Shown in pieces: positions 49,521 through 63,605 of a stretch of DNA of 64,000 nt. The position numbers and the translations under genes are program-made. The notes beneath the pieces were generated by a model. It was given only the letters and a program-made list of their open reading frames with translations, was not told the origin of the DNA and made no database searches. The stretch comes from Macrostomum hystrix (taxonomy: Eukaryota > Animalia > Platyhelminthes), in assembly GCA_950097015.1 (NCBI GenBank), contig CATNEN010000039.1, forward strand, positions 10,106,001 to 10,170,000, written 5' to 3'. Positions within the stretch are counted from its first letter, which is position 1. Every line of letters starts with the position of its first letter.

Positions 49521-52157
49521 AAAAACGCTACAAATTTTGCATTTAAATTCTTGTACACTTGCACATGGTATACAGATGTGGCAGTGTTGCAAGTATGTGT
49601 TCCACAGTACCGAAATCTGTGCAATTCTAACGTATGAATGTATAGCTAGAATGTATAGATAATACATTTAGTATTCAGGCCTTTATAAACATTGATCCAG
49701 CTAGCTTATTATCCCACTCTTGTGCCAGGCGGTTAATAAGTATTAACAGCCTTATAACATATATATAGCTGGGTGTTGCATTCATATATGGCCAAAACAC
49801 GGTGTAGAACTATAGTAGCAATTTGCATATAAAGTAAGCAAACAAGAAAACTAACACGCTGCCAACATATGCAAAACGCATTCTTAAGCATTCGGGCTTA
49901 ACTGTGTCACTTTTACAATGCAACTGAATACATTGAATTTAACTGTGTAGTAGAAATAATATGCGAGATTGAAATAAATCAAATGCGCAATGCTTTTTGC
50001 CGAAATTGTCGGTCCGTATATCTTATAATATTATTTGAGCAAGGCTATCATATACTCATGCATATATACATGCATGTTATATGGGCCAGAAATAAGTCTT
50101 CCAGTTCGTCATGTGACTGCCCCCGGGCTAACAGATTGTGAAAGTAATTTCCTTGCGCGCACACGCGCAACACATGCACAAAACAATTCTGCTTCTGTTG
50201 CTATGCGAAGCGCCGCATAGTCGTGTGACAAATGAAGGCACAGATTCAGTGCATGTTTCGGCTTCGACAAATATCTTATCAGCAGCATACACCAAGCTCT
50301 GCAGCTTACTAAGCGAGCCTTTGGATGCTTGCCAACAAACTCGGTTTAAATTAACCTCGTGAGACTATCTGTCTTGAAAAATAAATGTTTATGTCATTGC
50401 GCTAACTGCGCTACACTTTTATTTGTGGTTCGGAAACGCGTGTTCCTTCGTTGCCATGAGCGACGGAGTGAGACCAGATAAACAAAATTATCTATTACAT
50501 TTTTTTTCGACTCGGAAGGTCACTTGGCATTTGCTTCTTATTGATACCTCTTCACTGCAAGCGGCTGATATCAAAGAAAGTAAAACGATAAGTAGGTAAA
50601 TTTCAAATTCGCGCCAATTGTCGCTTTATTATAAAAATTAAAAAAATACGAACAAAAAGGAAAAAAATAGAAAGGGGACAATAAAAACTGTATTTTCATT
50701 CTCAAAATTATATATTGGGACATGACTTATTACTGACTTGAAAAACTCGTTTTTGTATTTTAACCCGTTGGCAGTTAAAACAGTTGGCAAAGCATGGGGG
50801 CTGCACGGGGGATGTGATGTGCAACGCACAGCTCGCCCTTAACAGTCCTCCGTCCAATTTTCAACTTTCATAGTTAGGCTTAGGTGACTTAAGAACAAAA
50901 CGATTTGTTCATAATTTGTTGCCTATCTATGGAGTATGCGGTTTCGAATTGGCCGAAAGAGAGTTAAAGAAGAGGCTGCTGCGAGTCTGGGATGTTGAGC
51001 AAACATGACAGCATGAGTAGAGTTAGAGCTTACTTTTTTATGGATGAGCACTAACAGCGACGGTCACGACTGTATTACAGGTCCTTCTGCTGCTGCTGCT
51101 GCTGCTGCTTCTATGCAAGCTGGCCACTCATAGTCGAAGGGGAGGAAATCCTCTCTAATGGAATTTTTATTCCCCACAAAACCAAGCCGAATTTTTCCCT
51201 ATAGGAAAGCCTCCTCCTGCCCATTTTCTTTATATACACAGAGGGAAATAGACTGTAGAGTTCCTAGTCCTAGAGCCCACGCTACAAGTAGTAAGCAGAG
51301 CGGCTTATCCAATCGAAAATAAGCCGGGAGGCCATGTTGCTTGCCGCCTGTAGCCAAAATCAGCAAAAGAAAAAGAAGGCTAAAACTAAAAAGGCTGGGA
51401 CATTTTAAGAAGCAGAAGGGCTGGGCCGGCTTTCTGGTTGGAACTCTCGGAAAGGGACCAAATTTCTACGAAGATCGCAGAGTAGAATCTATATATAAAT
51501 TTATAATGTGCGCTAGCTGGACCTGAAAAGAGAGAAGACAGAGAGGAGAGAGTGTGGAGTGGGGTGGGTGCTAAAATGTGTTCGCGTGCCTCTTGGCTCG
51601 TCTGGTATACTGTGGGCTTATCGGATAGGCCTTTTTCAGACGAATGGAGGTGGTTGGCCAACTAACCCCCCAGGGAAGACCCGCCACCCCAGACCGCACC
51701 ATGTTGGACTGGGGTGAGAGAGATTGGGGTTGAGAGGTCTGGCTTTAATCGGGGGGGGGTATTCAGCGAGCCCCAATAATCTGACTATTATGCCACCCCG
51801 CCAGCACCAAGTTTTGAGTGAAGGAAAATGCTACTGGGACTGGGGGCGCAATTATTATTGGGGCTAAACAGTGACTGTTTTAAGGTCTCGATGGGCATCC
51901 ATTACGACTTTCTGTGCCTTCCTGTATAGCCGACTCGCACTCTCTTCGTTTGCCTGCCTACTGCGCATTATAGATTTGACATTTTGCGTTCGAATTTGCA
52001 TATAATAAGTTCAAATGTAAAAATAGTTAATTTATTTTTCACTTTTCTCATAGATTCAGTACACTTTATTCATTATCAGGCTGTACAGCTTATAAAGTAG
52101 CTATTTTCGTAGGTTCGATGACATATTATCAGATCAGTGGAAATTAGTGAACGGTAA

Positions 52158-52975
52158 ATGAATGAGATGGGAAATGAGTGAGATGGGAAAAGAGTGAAAT
52201 AGGAAATGAATGAGATGGGAATTGAGTGAGATGGGAAATGAGTGAGATGGGAAATGAGTGAGATGGGAAAAGAGTGAAATAGGAAATGAATGAGATGGGA
52301 AAAGAGTGAAATGGGAAATGAGTGAGATGGGAATCGAGTGAAATGGGAAATGAGTGAGATGGGAATCGAGTGAGATGGGAAAAGAGTGAAATAGGAAATG
52401 AATGAGATGGGAAAAGAGTGAAATGGGAAATGAGTGAGATGGGAATCGAGTGAAATGGGAAATGAGTGAGATGAGAAAATAGTGAAATGGGAAATGAGTG
52501 AGATTGGAAATGAGTGAGATGGGAAAAGAGTGAAATGGGAAATGAGTGAGATGGGAAATGAGTGAGATGGGAAAAGAGTGAAATAGGAAATGAATGAGAT
52601 GGGAAAAGAGTGAAATGGGAAATGAGTGAGATGGGAATCGAGTGAAATGGGAAATGAGTGAGATGGGAATCGAGTGAAATGGGAAATGAGTGAGATGAGA
52701 AAATAGTGAAATGGGAAATGAGTGAGATTGGAAATGAGTGAGATTGGAAATGAGTGAGATGGGAAAAGAGTGAAATGGGAATTGAGTGAGATGGGAAATG
52801 AGTGAGATGGGAAATGAGTGAGATGGGAAAAGAGTGAAATAGGAAATGAATGAGATGGGAAAAGAGTGAAAAGGGAAAATGAGTGAGATGGGAATCGAGT
52901 GAAATGGGAAATGAGTGAAATGGGAAATGAGTGAGATGGGAATCGAGTGAAATGGGAAATGAGTGAGATTGGGAT
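52158..52975. repeat. 16-bp minisatellite (GAAATGAGTGAGATGG)
   Basis: Tandem units. Confidence 0.93.
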
Positions 52976-53454
52976 CTAATTGTGAGATTATGGGAATTAG
53001 TCAGCTGAGGGATGAATTATGAATTATGTATACGGTATAAGACAGGGCGTGAAAGATGAGTCCTGTCTACGGCTGTCAGCATTTTTCTGAATCAACAGAC
53101 AGCCAATAATTTCCACATGATGGATTAGCAAATGGTTTTGTTAATTCCACTACAAAGGACGAATTATCGATTTCAGCTTTTCTACCAAGAGAGTGCGCAT
53201 AGGATTGACCGGTTGGTCTGGTACGAGCTCGTAGGATACATTTGTCATTAATCGGAAGCCACTGAAGGCTTTAGTTCTCAAGACATGAGTAGGTCTTCTC
53301 GAAATTATCTATCAGCACTCAGCTAAACAATTGTCCCGTGGCACGGCATTGTCAGTGGAACTTGAACTGCCGATTGTCTAGAAAATTATATATTTGACTT
53401 TGTTTTGAGAAATTGACCGATTGTCTGAAGTGTGTGATAACGGTTTGAAAAACT

Positions 53455-54595
53455 ATGAGGGTCTTTGTAAACTGTGATGGTCATTGTAAACTGTGATTTT
53501 CATTTGTCAACTGTGATGGTCATTGTCAACTGTGATTTTCATTTGTCAACTGTGATGGTCATTGTCAACTGTGATTTTCATTTGTCAACTGTGATTTTCA
53601 TTTGTCAACTGTGATTTTCATTTGTCAACTGTGATTTTCATTTGTCAACTGTGATTTTCATTTGTCAACTGTGATTTTCATTTGTCAACTGTGATTTTCA
53701 TTTGTCAACTGTGATTTTCATTTGTCAACTGTGATTTTCATTTGTCAACTGTGATTTTCATTTGTCAACTGTGATGGTCATTGTCAACTGTGATTTTCAT
53801 TTGTCAACTGTGATGGTCATTGTCAACTGTGATTTTCATTTGTCAACTGTGATTTTCATTTGTCAACTGTGATTTTCATTTGTCAACTGTGATTTTCATT
53901 TGTCAACTGTGATTTTCATTTGTCAACTGTGATTTTCATTTGTCAACTGTGATTTTCATTTGTCAACTGTGATTTTCATTTGTCAACTGTGATGGTCATT
54001 GTAAACTGTGATGGTCATTGTAAACTGTGATGGTCATTGTGAACTGTGATGGTCATTTTTAAACTCTGATGGTCATTGTAAACTGTGATTTTCATTTGTC
54101 AACTGTGATTTTCATTTGTCAACTGTGATTTTCATTTGTCAACTGTGATTTTCATTTGTCAACTGTGATTTTCATTTGTCAACTGTGATTTTCATTTGTC
54201 AACTGTGATTTTCATTTGTCAACTGTGATTTTCATTTGTCAACTGTGATTTTCATTTGTCAACTGTGATTTTCATTTGTCAACTGTGATTTTCATTTGTC
54301 AACTGTGATTTTCATTTGTCAACTGTGATTTTCATTTGTCAACTGTGATTTTCATTTGTCAACTGTGATGGTCATTGTAAACTGTGATGGTCATTGTGAA
54401 CTGTGATGGTCATTGTGAACTGTGAGGGTCATTTTTAAACTCTGATGGTCATTGTAAACTGTGATTTTCATTTGTCAACTGTGATGGTCATTGTCAACTC
54501 TGAAGGTCATTGTAAACGGTGAAGGTCATTGTCAACTTTGCCGGTCATTTGTAAACTGTGATTTTCCTTTGTAAACTGTGATGGTCATTGTAAGC
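53455..54595. repeat. 19/20-bp minisatellite (AACTGTGATTTTCATTTGTC / AACTGTGATGGTCATTGTM)
   Basis: Two interleaved unit variants. Confidence 0.93.
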
Positions 54596-55364
54596 GTCAA
54601 GGCTCATTGTGAACATATTTTTCATTGGCAAAACAATAAGAATAGGCATCTATGTTTGTGAGGTTTCGTCTCTCGTTCAAAAGTCTAACAGACATCCGCA
54701 GTGACCAGACAACAGCCATTTCTGTTTTTGCCCATTGCTAGCTTCTCGCTTTGGGTTAGAATTAAATTGCTGCCAAATTTTACAGTATCAGTAAGCCAAT
54801 AATAGATTGATCAGTAGAGGTTAATAGCGCGCAGTTTATCAGACTACATACAATTTGCCCCACCCTTCCGGACAGGCACAGATAGGCTAAATTGTAGGCT
54901 TAGATAGGCATGCAAAGCATGATCATATTTGCTTTGTTTCCCGGCCCACGCTCACACACACACAGACGCACACACTGCTGTCTCAATGCCCTCTTGACTC
55001 TTGCTATAGCAATAGGCGCGGTCCGACCCAGTTTTCACACCATGCAGAGATACTCGAATGCGGCCCCCGCGTACATTTTATTCGTGTTAGGAAGGAAGGA
55101 AGGAAGCGAGAGTTGCCGCCGCAGCTGTTGTCCAACCCAACATCTGGGAACACTCCGTTGCTGCAGTGTACCAGTGCGCAGTCCTTACAGGGTAGGGTGA
55201 GTGACTCACTATCCTAGCCTTCATTGCCATAACAAAAATGTTTCCTACCAGACCGCTCTTCGGACTCCTTTTAAGAATCACTCATTCATTTTTCAGGTAG
55301 CTGAGCTTTTGTAAAGTTAGAGAGTTTGAGTTTGCCTAGTCTAGACAATTTGCCGGAAATTCAG

Positions 55365-55880
55365 GAAACTCTAAAACTTAAGGGAAACCGGGAACTTCAG
55401 GTTCATCTAAAACTTCAGGCACACCAGAAACTTCAGGGACACCGAAACTTCAGGGACACCCGAAACTTCATGCTCACTGAGAACTTCAGGCACACCCGAA
55501 ACTTCAGGCACACCCGAAACTTCAGGGATACCCGAAACTTCATGCTGAGAACTTCAGAGGCACCCGAAACTTCAGGGACACGGGGAACTTCAGGCACTTC
55601 CGTAACTTTAGGGACAATTGGAATTTCAGGGACACCCGAAACTTCATGCAAACCAAAAATTCAGGCACACCCGAAACTTCAGGTGCAGCCTAGACTTCAG
55701 AGACACTGAGAACTTCAGACACCCGAAACTTCAGTGATACCGAGAACTTCAGGCACATCCGAAGCTTCAGGGACACCCGAAACTTCAGGGACACCCGAAA
55801 CTTCAGGGACACTTGGAACTACAGGCACACCCGAAACTTCAGGTACATCCGAAACTTCAGAGACACTTGGGAACTTCACG
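55365..55880. repeat. Degenerate tandem repeat of about 19 bp (CACCCGAAACTTCAGGSA)
   Basis: Tandem units. Confidence 0.85.
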
Positions 55881-56439
55881 CATTTTTAAATCCACACTGC
55901 AGCTTTTATTCCTCAACGTCTATGACTAAATTGTGAATTATTGCGGCTGTCAATCAAACAGGTCGATTGCACACATCGATGATGACTAAGCATGAGTTTC
56001 AGATTTTTGCCGATATTGTAAATGTGTGTATTTAGGTAGGTTGGCACACTTCGGCTTATTGATTTGCTTATGCAGTTGGTCATGCATCAATTTATTTTTT
56101 GCCTAAAAACCTGAGCTAATTGGAGCCAATTAAAGTGAATGGCACTTTTCAAACTCGTATATCACACCTTCACACTTACAGGTATCCTTGAAGCATTGCC
56201 CGGCACGGATCATGAAATCTAATTTCCAAGTATTACTTGGCCCATTAGGACGAAAAGCTTTTAATCCACCTCCTTTTTCACTTCCTTCGATTCCACATTT
56301 CAATGTGCTCAACACCTGGCGATAAAATTAAATGGTTTTATTCTAGTCTTGGGCGCAAAGACTAGGTCTATAGAGCTTATTTCACCTAATTTCTTTGGTG
56401 AGACTCTTGACTTAAAGCAAAATCTTTCGTCTAACAAAC

Positions 56440-57245
56440 TGGTGAAGCCATTATCTAACTGGTGAGCCATTATCTAACTGGTGAGCCATTATCTAACTGG
56501 TGAGCCATTATCTAACTGGTGAGCCATTATCTAACTGGTGAGCCATTATCTAACTGGTGAAGCCATTATCTAACTGGTGAGCCATTATCTAACTGGTGAG
56601 CCATTATCTAACTGGTGAGCCATTATCTAACTGGTGAAGCCATTATCTAACTGGTGAGCCATTATCTAACAGGTGAGCCATTATCTAACTGGTGAGCCAT
56701 TATCTAACTGGTGAGCCATTATCTAACAGGTGAGCCATTATCTAACTGGTGAGCCATTATCTAACAGGTGAGCCATTATCTAACTGGTGAGCCATTATCT
56801 AACAGGTGAGCCATTATCTAACTGGTGAGTCATTATCTAACTGGTGATCAATTATCTAACAGGTGAGCCATTATTTAACAGGTGAGCCATTATCTAACAG
56901 GGAAGCCATTATCTAACAAGTAAGCCATTATTTAACAGGTGAGCCATTATATCACAGATAAGCCAATATCTAACAGATAAGCCAATATCTATCAGATCAG
57001 CTATTATCTAACAGGTGAGCCATTAACTAACAGGGGAGCCATTATCTCACAGATAAGCCATTATTTAACAGGTGAGCCATTATATCACAGATAAGCCAAT
57101 ATCTAACAGATAAGCCAATATCTATCAGATCTGCTATTATCTAACAGGTGAGCCATTAACTAACAGGGGAGCCATTATCTCACAGATAAGCCATTATCTC
57201 ACAGATAAGCCATTATCTCACAGATAAGCCAATATCTAACAGGTA
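56440..57245. repeat. 19-bp minisatellite (GAGCCATTATCTAACWGGT)
   Basis: Homogeneous on the left, degenerating to the right. Confidence 0.93.
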
Positions 57246-58011
57246 AGCAGAGCAACACCAATACTTACTGATTACTTAATAAATGAGTCAGCAGGGCCAA
57301 AAAGAGAGCTCCACAGATTTAAATTTAGAGGAAAAAACTAAAAGTTTATTTATTTCAGTGACTATAAAAAACACGTGGTATTTGTTGTTTTAAGACAGAT
57401 AGAAATTAATAATATTCCGATTAGCAATGTGACAATAAATTTGGGGATATAGCATTTGAATGGCAATTAAAAATAGTTTGACACCCAAGATTAACCTTGT
57501 GAATTCTGATAATCATAAAGATGCACTATTATGATATCAATGCGTATACTTACACGTATATTAGTAATATACCGTCAATCAGAATATACAGTCTATATTA
57601 ATTTGGCGAGTCAACGGTGAGACTTCAGAAAATAGAACAAAAATGTGCAGCTTTCAGTCTTTCATACTACTCACCAGTAGCTACACATGCATGGCACAAT
57701 CGAATGAGCGGTTAACGCTCGAAGTCACACTTGCATGTATTTGTGGTGCAGCTTCGGAGAGACACGGGGGCTCGTCGTGCACTTCCTGACGATGAGAAAG
57801 TCAGGATCAGCGGATTGGGTTGAATTTATTGATTCCCATGCAGGTGGCAGCGCGCGCAGACAGTTGAAATCGTTAATTTAATTAACATTAACGTTCTGGC
57901 AAATTCAATTTCGCAAATAATTTTCTATCTCACAGCCGCAGGCCGACAGATGTAATTGTTGCATTTCTTCCTGTACTATCAGTCAGAGCAAAAGTACTCC
58001 CTGATGCTTGT

Positions 58012-61000
58012 TCACTTGTTCGGCCGGCTGCGTGACGCCTTCCTCGGAGCAGTCCACGCCTCGCTGTCGCTGCTAATGTAACCCGCTGTGTCCGTGTCGC
58101 TGCTGCTGTCGCCGAGTTCGTCGCTGCGTAGAATCGACAAGGAACCCGAGGATACGATGGAGGACGAGTCCTCGGAGACACGGCTGGAACTGGGATTGCT
58201 CTTCACTGGACTTCGCTCGGGCTCCTTGGCCGCTCCAGACAGCTGCTGACGGACTGCCGGACCCTCCGCTGTGACAACACTGGAATGTGCCGTGCCGTTC
58301 GTTGGATCCTCAGCCTCGTCGCCGGCCTTTGATTCGGCCATTATTTGTACTTTGTCCGTTGACGTCAGCATTGCTGGCCGTGCCTTCCGTTCGCTGGAAT
58401 CAAGACGTTCCTCGGTCTCCTGACCTGAGCTCTGTCGCTCAACTTGCTGGCCTGGGCTCCTTCCATCGGCTTGTCGACTCGAGCTGTGGCTGTCTGTAGC
58501 AGGCGACTCAGCCGTTGTTGATTTACTGAGCTCGGCTGTTAGCTTGCTGGCTTTTGGAGACTCTTGGATGTCCTGGTTGCTCGAAGGCTTGGAACGCTTA
58601 GGACTTGCCTCTGGACTAGAGCCTGACGAGTAAAGGGGAGTCGCAGGAAGCGATCTGGACTTTGCGCTGCTGTGGCTGCGCCTGGGACTGCGGCTGGGAC
58701 TGCGGCTGGGACTGCGGCTGCGGCTGGGACTGCGGCTGGGACTGCGGCTGGGACTGCGGCTGGGACTGCGGCTGCGGCTGGGACTGCGGCTGGGACTGCG
58801 GCTGGGACTGCGGCTGCGGCTGGGACTGCGGCCTGACCGAGGCGAGGACTCGCGACTCACGCTCGGACTGGATGACGCCCTGGACTTGACAGCGTCCTCA
58901 GCGTCACTGCTATGGCCCTCTGGTTTGACTGACTGGTCCACTACGCGGATTGTCACTTTCACTTCAGCATCCGAATCTTTGCTCGGCTCATCGGAGCGTT
59001 GAGAGTCCTCCGTTCTCGCGGGTCTGATAGCCGTAGCTTTGGCGCCTGATCGACCACTGCTGGCGACCGAAGATTTGGCGGAGCTTCGCCCCGACTTCTG
59101 CTCTGACCGTGGTGGTGGCGTCGGTTGCCGCTCCTGGGTTGGCTCCTGTCGTCGTTGTCCAACAGACGCCTGAGATGAGCGTGATCCACGGCCATCGCTT
59201 CTGGAATCTCTCTCCGCCGTTAGACTCGCCGAAGCGCTGGCCGGCTTCGTCTCCTGACTGGATTTGGTTTTGAATCGCGCCAAAAGTTTTTTAATTCCCA
59301 GACAATTTTTGCTAAACCGAGGCCTTTGGCACGAGTAAGAGTAACTACAGTTCTCACACACTTTACTAAATCTTTTAACGTAATACTTAAGGCTCTAGAA
59401 TGGAGCCCGAGGTCAGTCCTCAAACCAAACCGACTGAAATCAGTAGCTGGTCGATCCAGTCGTCTAGGAACGCCGAGACATCTCACCACAGTCCTTCCCA
59501 TTGCACCCTGGGGATAAATGGGGTAAAATTCACTTCTAGAGCCTTACGTTGGCATCCCCCCTTGAACGCTTGGCAATACTGTACTGAGTCCATTAGTGAT
59601 TATGGGAGAAAGAGGATATTTTGTTAGAATCGTTGAATATCTCGACGTTCTGGAGAGGTGGCGACTGGATTTCTGTTTCAGAACGTGTTCTAGAATTCCA
59701 TGCACCCGTGTTTCTCTAACGTTTTAGATTCGGGCCTCTTAGTATTTACGCAAGTGTGGCTTTTGAACGACAGAAATTAGGCGCATTCGGGAGACTTACA
59801 TTAACTTTTTAGCCGCTACCATGGCCTCACGATGCTGCACGTCGGCTTTGGTGGCTTTCGGCTGAAAATCGACATTGCAGGACAGATTCATCGCACTCTC
59901 CACTGGTAAGGTACACTTGTTCGAGTTAGAATCAACGACGAGTTATAATCTTACCTGGGCGCGCTGCGGCTTTGGCGGTCTGTGAGTCACCTCTGGAGAT
60001 CGAAATAAATTAAGCAATTAAGCATCTACCAAAAATGATTGAAACGTACTCAAATTACTCAACTCACGTTGTTGATGAAGGACGTTAAGAAACTGCTGAC
60101 CCTCGAGCATGTTGGCCACATGCCTCCTATAGTTCTGAAAGCCTGGAGTCCAACTGGGCAAACTGGAAGGCAGCGGCGGATAAAGACCCGGCCCTGTGTG
60201 ATAGGCCTCCAGCCGGCGCATGGGGTACGTCGCCTATAGGAGGACATATGTGAATGGCTTTGTATGATCGTCATTGACTGAGAACCTGCAACAGAGTATG
60301 ACTGGGAGTGATAATGGCAATTGAACTTAAGGACTGGGAGAGAAAATGACAGACGAACTTGGTGACTGGGAGAGAAAATGATAGACGAACTTGGTGACTG
60401 GGGGAGAAAATGACAGACGAACTTGGTGACTGAAAGGGAAAATGACAGACGAACTTGGTGACTGAAAGGGAAAATGACAGACGAACTTGGTGAATGGGAG
60501 AGAAAATGACAGACGAACTTGGTGACTGAAAGGGAAAATGACAGACGAACTTGGTGAATGGGAGAGAAAATGATAGACGAACTTGGTGACTGGGGGAGAA
60601 AATGACAGACGAACTTGGTGACTGAAAGGGAAAATGACAGACGAACTTGGTGAATGGGAGAGAAAATGAGAAATATCATCAGAACTGAAATACTAAGAGA
60701 AAAAGTATGCCGAAGTTTCTGGGATAAAAATGATGAACGAAATTTAGCAGTCTCTGGAAGCTAGGGAGGTGATTGACAAACTTTAGGATTCTCACGGGAG
60801 TCGGTTGAGCTAAAAAATAGATTTCTCTTCTGGGTCAAGCAGCCAGCTGCGTTTCCTGTGTATTTCAGGACTTGATTGTGAAAGAAAAAATACAATATAC
60901 GAAGAGGCTATTCAAGAAGAATGAAATCCAACCATCAACAAGTGAAGATTTCGGCAGGCGCCTTCTAAAACGAAACCCAAATTTCATTTCTGCTTCCGCC

Positions 61001-63605
61001 CTGCTGTCAAAGAAGCAGGCTTGAAGTTGATCCCTATGGCAGCCTTCCATCCTGAGACTTTTCAATTTCATTCATCTAAAAATAGCTCTTAACACTTATT
61101 CAACATTCATGCCTTAACAAAGAAAATTGTTTATGAAAATGTTTTCAAAGCACATTGATGCATGCAATGTTTGAAAACAAGAATATTGTGAAAATGGTTC
61201 CTTGTGTTGCATCTCCATGTTGCAGGGCGACACGCTGGCCCCGTTCCTCTTCGTGCTTCTCCTGGACTGGGTGCTTCGGACTGCGCTCCCCTCGGCTGAA
61301 GACGGCTTCCTGCTACGCAGACGCATCGGTCGCCGCCACGATGAGAAGCGCCTCAGTGTGCTTGGCTACGCCGACGACCTCGCCCTCCTGTCCTCGACTG
61401 TCGAAGGTGCCCAGCGCCAGATCGACAGGTTGGCTGAGGTGGCATCAAGCGTCGGCCTAGTGATCAACACGCTTAAGACCGAGGTGCTGACCGTGCCGGC
61501 CGACATCCCAGCGGACCTGACGTGCCGCGGCGCAGACGGGCAGATCATCTCGCTCGCACGCTGCCAGCGCTTCACTTACCTCGGCGGTCTGGTGCCCAAC
61601 GTGGAAGACGACATCCGGCGGCGCAGAGGACTCGCATGGGCGGCCTACCGTTCGATCCGGGCCGTCCTCCAGTCCACAGCGCTGCCTGACCGCCAGAGGG
61701 CTCGGCTGTGGCAGGCGGTGATCGAGACCGTCCTGCTGTACAACGCCGAGTCGTGGACGCTGACGGCTACGCTGGAGCGGCAGCTGGACTCGGCGCACTC
61801 GGGGCTGCTCCGTGCGGCCTTTCAAGCTGACGAGAGCGTCGGGACGGAGGCTCTGTACGAGAGAGCTCAGCTGCAACGCCCGTCCACCATCCTGCGCCAG
61901 CGACGACTTCGACTAGCGGGCCACGTCATTCGGGCCGAAAGCTACTGCCGCCAGCCCGCCCAGGACGTCCTTCTGCTCACCCTGCAGGGCCCGTTCAGGC
62001 GCGGCCAGGCTCGGACCCGCCGCTACGTCGACTGCCTGCTGAGCGACGCCAGGGCGCCCGACACTGCCTCCGGCGCGGACCATGTTCGCGCGCTGGCTCT
62101 GCGGCGCATCATTTGACGCCGCCCCCCTGACGCTTGGGGCTTGCGTATTTTGTTGTTGTTGTGTTGTTGTATCTCCATGTACTGTTAAGTTTTGTGCTAG
62201 TGAAATTTTTGTATCTTCTTCTCGTTTAGAGAAAATTTCAACGAAAAACGATGTGTAAGCCAAAAAATAGTACTATGAAAGTTTTACTTTCGTTACGAGC
62301 GGTGTTAAGCTGCAACCAGTGTTCATTTGGGTGGGTTAGGCGAAAGAAAATATATTAAATTAAAGGGATCATGCGAGACTGAAACTCAACTCTACGAGAG
62401 TATGCCTGCTCAATGGCGTTGTGACTTAATAGATCTGGATGTGACCATACATTTCAATCATAGTTAGTCCCATTTCATTGTCTTTTTTGTTTTACGAGCT
62501 GGAAATCCAAAGATAGGCTAGGAAACTGAGATGATTTCTGAAGTGTCGCTTCCAGATCCATGCAGGTGCATTCTTTGGTCCATCATAATTACATGCATGT
62601 GTCAGTATTATGGGATTAAAAAAATATGAAATCAACTTTTTATGTATGTACTTAGGCATCTTCATCAGACTGATTTAGGCTGGAAGTGTCCAAAAACAGA
62701 GTCAATTGTATTCTGTTCTATGGTTAGTTTAACAGCCGAATTATTTTAAACCGCATTAAATCACAAAAGCATAGCAATGTAATGAATGAAGTTTAAACCA
62801 ATAGCTAGCTGTCTTACCACAACTTCATTAGCCGTTCTCACTAGGCAGCGAACATACGGGCTTGAGATGGACCTTCTCACTGATCTATTCACCACAGGTT
62901 TAACGAGCTGCGGGCTGGATTTCAATTTGTTGCAGCTAATTAGCGCGCGTAATAAAACATAATTCCTGACGCTTCTAAAAGGTTGCAGAGTGCGAGCGTT
63001 CTGTTCAGATAAAAACTCACACAGCATCTTCACGAGCCTGCTGTCGCGTGTACGGCTTTGATGCCGGGAAGTTGTAAAGCACCTGTAAGTTGAGAATAAT
63101 AAGTTAGCAATGTCTTAAACTGGTATTCCTGTTGTTAATATAATTCGAACAGATTAATTTACTAATGTCTCCCTCTGATTGCCAGATCTTGTAACGAAGC
63201 CGTTCTCTCGAATCTCAAAATTAAAATGATTTTCTCTGAAAACGGTGAATTTTATATGGGCTTGAGAAGCTTGAATCAAATATAGCCAAGAATATATTTA
63301 AAAGCTATATGAAAATACATTCCATTTACTAAAGTCCTACACTTGTTGAAAGTTGATTATGAAATACGAGCGGATTTAAGCAGAAAGTACGAAACGGCAA
63401 TAGTATATAACGCATGCAGTAAAAAAATTCCCACATCAAGACCGAGTAAGTCAGCTCACAGGTGGTTAGCTACTCGCCGAAGAACCGCCTTAGATACTTT
63501 GTATTCTTCGCCGGGTTCGCCCTCGGCACTTCTGCTGGCCGCCAACGATGTGGATGATTTCGGGCCCGTCTTTTGCCGTCTTTTGCCAGCAGATTTTGAT
63601 GACAT
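58012..63605 (-). CDS. Multi-exon gene of unknown function with a large Ser/Arg-rich exon containing (RSPS)n
   Basis: ATG 63605 (MSSKSAGKRRQK...). Phase-compatible small exons: 63605-63460, 63235-63163, 63082-63021 and about 62915-62818, then about 60235-60069, 59993-59955, 59862-59800 and 59715-59548. The large exon is about 59253-58015. The links across 62818-60235 and the 3' end are unresolved; no domain recognised. Confidence 0.55.
60330..60670. repeat. 32-bp minisatellite (AAATGACAGACGAACTTGGTGACTGGGAGAGA)
   Basis: Tandem units, intronic. Confidence 0.9.
61221..62170 (+). mobile_element. 5'-truncated non-LTR retrotransposon (RTE-like LINE), RT C-terminal part
   Basis: QGDTLAPFLF, LGYADDLALL, FTYLG, VLLYNAESWTL and RLRLAGHVIR, with the frame open to TGA 62116. 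Short 3' UTR with a GCCCC..GGGGC stem and (TTG)n tail. Perfect TSD ATCTCCATGT (61211-61220, 62171-62180). Confidence 0.92.

Noticed and set aside
47308-49667. Cluster of CAQSP-repeat ORFs
   Set aside because: Translations of the 27/28-bp satellite.
13320-57245. Shared TAACTGGT core among the 34-, 20- and 19-bp satellites
   Set aside because: An 8-bp match is too short to support common origin or function without statistics.
61202-62116. Bacterial horizontal transfer, group II intron or retron RT suggested by high GC
   Set aside because: The motifs, 5' truncation, microsatellite tail and TSD fit a non-LTR retrotransposon.
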